A stretch of 63,420 bases of DNA, filler included, from Octopus bimaculoides (lineage: Eukaryota), in NCBI RefSeq assembly GCF_001194135.2. It is 6 parts of 6 records of this genome, joined end to end, with 100 filler letters (N's around TTAATTAATTAA, not from the genome) between each part and the next. Parts side by side here need not be neighbours in the genome. Positions count along the whole stretch, not along the records: positions 60,826 to 62,152 come from NC_068992.1; positions 62,253 to 63,420 come from NW_026422643.1; 4 more parts are not named here. One strand, 5' to 3'. How positions within the stretch are numbered: the first letter of the stretch is position 1; each line of letters opens with the position of its first letter. The notes under the pieces are model-generated. The model was not told where the DNA came from and made no database searches. It was given only the letters and a program-made list of their open reading frames with translations. Below, piece by piece: positions 61,424 to 63,420 of this stretch. A program made the translations under genes and the position numbers.

Positions 61424-61511
61424 NNNNNNNNNNNNNNNNNNNNNNNNNNNNNNNNNNNNNNNNNNNNNNNNNNNNNNNNNNNNNNNNNNNNNNNNNNNNN
61501 NNNNNNNNNNN

Positions 61512-61568
<57 letters not shown>

Positions 61569-62054
61569 CAAACACTCACACACATACATACACTTTCAGA
61601 GTCATACACATGCCACAGCCTTTCTTTCCCCGCCCCGTCTCTCTCACACACACATGCCATAAGCATGCACATGCGCAGGAGCTCACACACAAACGCACAC
61701 ACGCACGCACGCACGCACGCACGCACGCATACATGCGCGCATTCACAGCAACAGAAACATGCAGAAGAACTCAAAACTATTGCTAACAGTGAAGTCAGCA
61801 AAGCGGGTGAGTCAGTGAATCTTCCCCGACGCACACAGTGTCCACTCGCCCACTCACGCAATATATCCCGACACCCGGTACATATAAGCCATGCAGACAT
61901 CTAGACACCCTGTTTTACTATTTCCTACGACATTATTTATGTAGCATTGAGTGCTAAATGCTACTTTAGGAAACAGTTTTTCTCCGCTCTTAGTGCGCCT
62001 ATGCATGTGAGCACGCACACACACACACACACACATACACACACACACACGCAC

Positions 62055-62152
<98 letters not shown>

Positions 62153-62867
62153 NNNNNNNNNNNNNNNNNNNNNNNNNNNNNNNNNNNNNNNNNNNNTTAA
62201 TTAATTAANNNNNNNNNNNNNNNNNNNNNNNNNNNNNNNNNNNNNNNNNNNNTATACGATATTAGAAGGAAGCTTTCTGCATTTACGGAAGATGATACTG
62301 GTTATTCATCAAAGACCAAAAACCTGCAGATTTTAATATTTTGATAAGGATTCCGATTCAGCAGATTTCAAAAAACATAAATAGTCAAAAGGATGACTGC
62401 ATTGTGACAGACGCCAGAGACAAGCAGCCAAGCTGCACTGTGGCCAGGAATCAGAAAACTCTTCATTTCAAAACACTCACTTTAATACGGAAGCTAATCT
62501 TTCCAAAACGGCTGCATTTCAACAGTCAGAGTCTTCATCACGAAGACATTAGGAAAAACGATAGTGATGTTTCTCAACTACAGCTCAAAAAATTTCCAGA
62601 AATATTGCTTGGAATTTTTACCCCGAGTTTTATAAAACTCATTCGTGCGGAGGGTACAACGTATACGCAGTATACTCTTTTTCCTGTTACCATTTTATGG
62701 ACAAATCAAAAACAGTTCATGAACAGGTATTCGGAGACAGACTTTCTCGATTGAGGGTATTCTGTTGAGCAAAAGGATACTTTAACAAAATGATCATTCA
62801 CTAAAGATTCCAACTTGGTGCCCCTTTAGCATGCGGTTTACCGGCCATTTACACTTTAGCAAGCAGT

Positions 62868-62930
62868 CTAACCCTAACCCTAAAAACTAAACCTAAACCT
62901 AACCCTTAACCCCTAATGTTATTCCTAACC
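62868..62930. repeat. Degenerate (CCCTAA)n tract
   Basis: CTAACCCTAACCCTAAAAACTAAACCTAAACCTAACCCTTAACCCCTAA. Confidence 0.75.
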
Positions 62931-63262
62931 CAGATCAGGTCATTTCACAATGTTGACTACGGATACGGCGAGAGAGCGCACACTAGAGTAACACCTCCAA
63001 TTCAGAATCCCAGTTGTTACTGTAAAGAAGGATCACCGAATATTTTGAAAAAGGAATGCATTTGTGCTATCCATAGCCAACGAAGCTTGTGCAAATAAAG
63101 TTCGTGAAACTTCTCCAGTTTGGTCTCTGTTTTAGGATTAACGGTACTACAATAAATTACACAAAAGGGTATGAACTTATAAGACGATTGTGTAGTGAAC
63201 CCTGGCCGTCAAGCAAGAAAGCAAAACGGAAAAGGGATTTAACGAGAGTAATCTCCCTCGAT

Positions 63263-63297
63263 CTTCTAGAAAGTTCTCGAACATTCTAGAAGCTTCC
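63263..63297. promoter_or_regulatory. Heat-shock element, seven contiguous alternating nGAAn units
   Basis: TTC-ta-GAA-ag-TTC-tc-GAA-ca-TTC-ta-GAA-gc-TTC; TGACGT at 63301. Confidence 0.75.
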
Positions 63298-63420
63298 GGT
63301 TGACGTGGAGACATGTGGTTGCAAAAGAATATATTCATATGATGTTACAAGTTTTCCTTCAATTAACGTTATATGTTTTTAGGAAAGTGGTTATACACCA
63401 TTAGGTGTACACCTGCTTTC

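Overview
AT-rich, repeat-dense eukaryotic genomic DNA with about 6 kb of N in ~19 gaps; five gaps carry a TTAATTAATTAA assembly linker. The SINE families, mollusc-type 5S sequences and microsatellite load suggest an octopod cephalopod (inference). I found no host protein-coding gene I can support; the long ORFs in the track are N-gap, microsatellite or transposon artefacts. Recognisable content: at least five tRNA-derived or RTE-tailed SINE families, LINE fragments (RTE-BovB, RTE-X, CR1, Tx1/L1, R4/Dong, Penelope-like), DNA transposons (full-length hAT-Charlie/Buster, two mariners, a Tc1-like end, a piggyBac deletion derivative, Helitron helicase remnants, MITEs) and divergent 5S rRNA copies. 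The most interesting signals are: three unrelated type I hammerhead ribozyme motifs, each with a different palindromic stem III and a GUA cleavage site (a candidate dimer-cleaving Penelope/retrozyme system); a fold-back element built around a tRNA-Thr-like core; a perfect 7-unit heat-shock element; a head-to-tail train of Tx1 3' ends; and a twin-priming-type inverted RTE-X insertion. Repeat boundaries are approximate unless a TSD or TIR is cited.
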